Of a DNA stretch of 64,000 bases, positions 63,175-64,000 are shown piece after piece (positions within the stretch are counted from its first letter, which is position 1; every line of letters starts with the position of its first letter). Location of the stretch: NCBI GenBank assembly GCA_951804945.1, contig OX638155.1, positions 69,998,001 through 70,062,000 on the forward strand, given 5' to 3'. The notes below the pieces were generated by a model. It ran no database searches. It was given only the letters and a program-made list of their open reading frames with translations, and was not told the DNA's origin. The stretch is from Podarcis cretensis. Lineage: Eukaryota. Both the position numbers and the translations under genes were made by a program.

Positions 63175-64000
63175 TTATCTTAGTAGCTTTCTGCTATTAG
63201 CTAAAGACACATGCAGGTTGCATATTGATATTAAAGGGTTGCATGTTCATGGGCAACAGCCGAACGACCTGGTAACAATTTTGTTGCAATGAGTACTGCA
63301 CATAGGGAAGGAAATGGGGGTAATTTCCCTCTCTCATTTCTCTTTCTTCAGATACCTCATTAGAGTCCTAATGAGATCTTAAAAGGGGAAGTACTGAGGG
63401 AGGAAGCTTTATTAGAAGCAAGGAACAAAGGATATATGTATCCCTTTGTGACATGATTTTAAGAGGGCAATGGCATAGAAGAGCAGGGACGTGAGGGAGC
63501 ATACCTCCAGTACTTTTTTCATTGCAGGAGTGATTATGTCACTTGCAGGAGCACTAGTTGCCAGTGCTGAAAACTTGTGAGTTTCATTCATTTACCCGGC
63601 AAAAGCCTCTTCCGCACTATTTTAAAAGACCTAAAGGTTTATTGGTTCTTTACTTTTACAAAGTAGCATTTTGAGTCCCTCTTTGGTGGTGTAGTCATGG
63701 AAGTTGTCACCATGAGCTGCACTTCAAAATTTACCACTGGCCCAGTGTGCGGAGAAATCCATTCAGGTGGGAGTAAATAGGCAGCAATAGGTTGGCATAA
63801 TAGAATTCTGACCTCTTGCCTGCTTCCTTCCCTGAACATGCATAGTCAAGAGCCTGCTTCCAAATCTTCTTTATGACAGAGGACCTGAGTGAGTCAGGCA
63901 TGTACTGCGCCTGTGCACAGTTGTGTTTTAGCTGTGGGTAGAAGAAGGTAGCTTCCATTGCATTTCTGACTATTTTTATTTATATCACCCTCTTACACGC

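Noticed and set aside
50036-64000. A further VPS13B exon
   Set aside because: No segment encoding the expected next peptide was found; it probably lies beyond the window, or possibly in the gap at 58002-58181

Overview
Vertebrate genomic DNA from a squamate reptile, probably a lacertid lizard (Sauria/Squam1, Squam2 and Squam3 SINEs, BovB). The whole window lies inside the large VPS13B (COH1) gene on the + strand. Six coding exons (9941-10144, 14803-14929, 16557-16700, 35460-36162, 44673-44810, 49631-50035) splice in one frame with GT-AG boundaries. The intron before the first exon carries the antisense miR-875/miR-599 cluster (about 3120-3336). The rest is intron with LINE fragments, SINEs, hAT and Tc1/mariner MITEs, microsatellites and three N-gaps. 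The most notable item is an internally deleted Ty3/gypsy element (40735-42225, - strand) with an uninterrupted gag ORF. It has an 11-nt primer-binding site complementary to its own predicted 5' end, the Tf1/sushi self-priming design. No prokaryote-type system (CRISPR, operon) is present, and nearly all other ORF-track entries are spurious. Family and gene names come from recalled sequences, not database searches.
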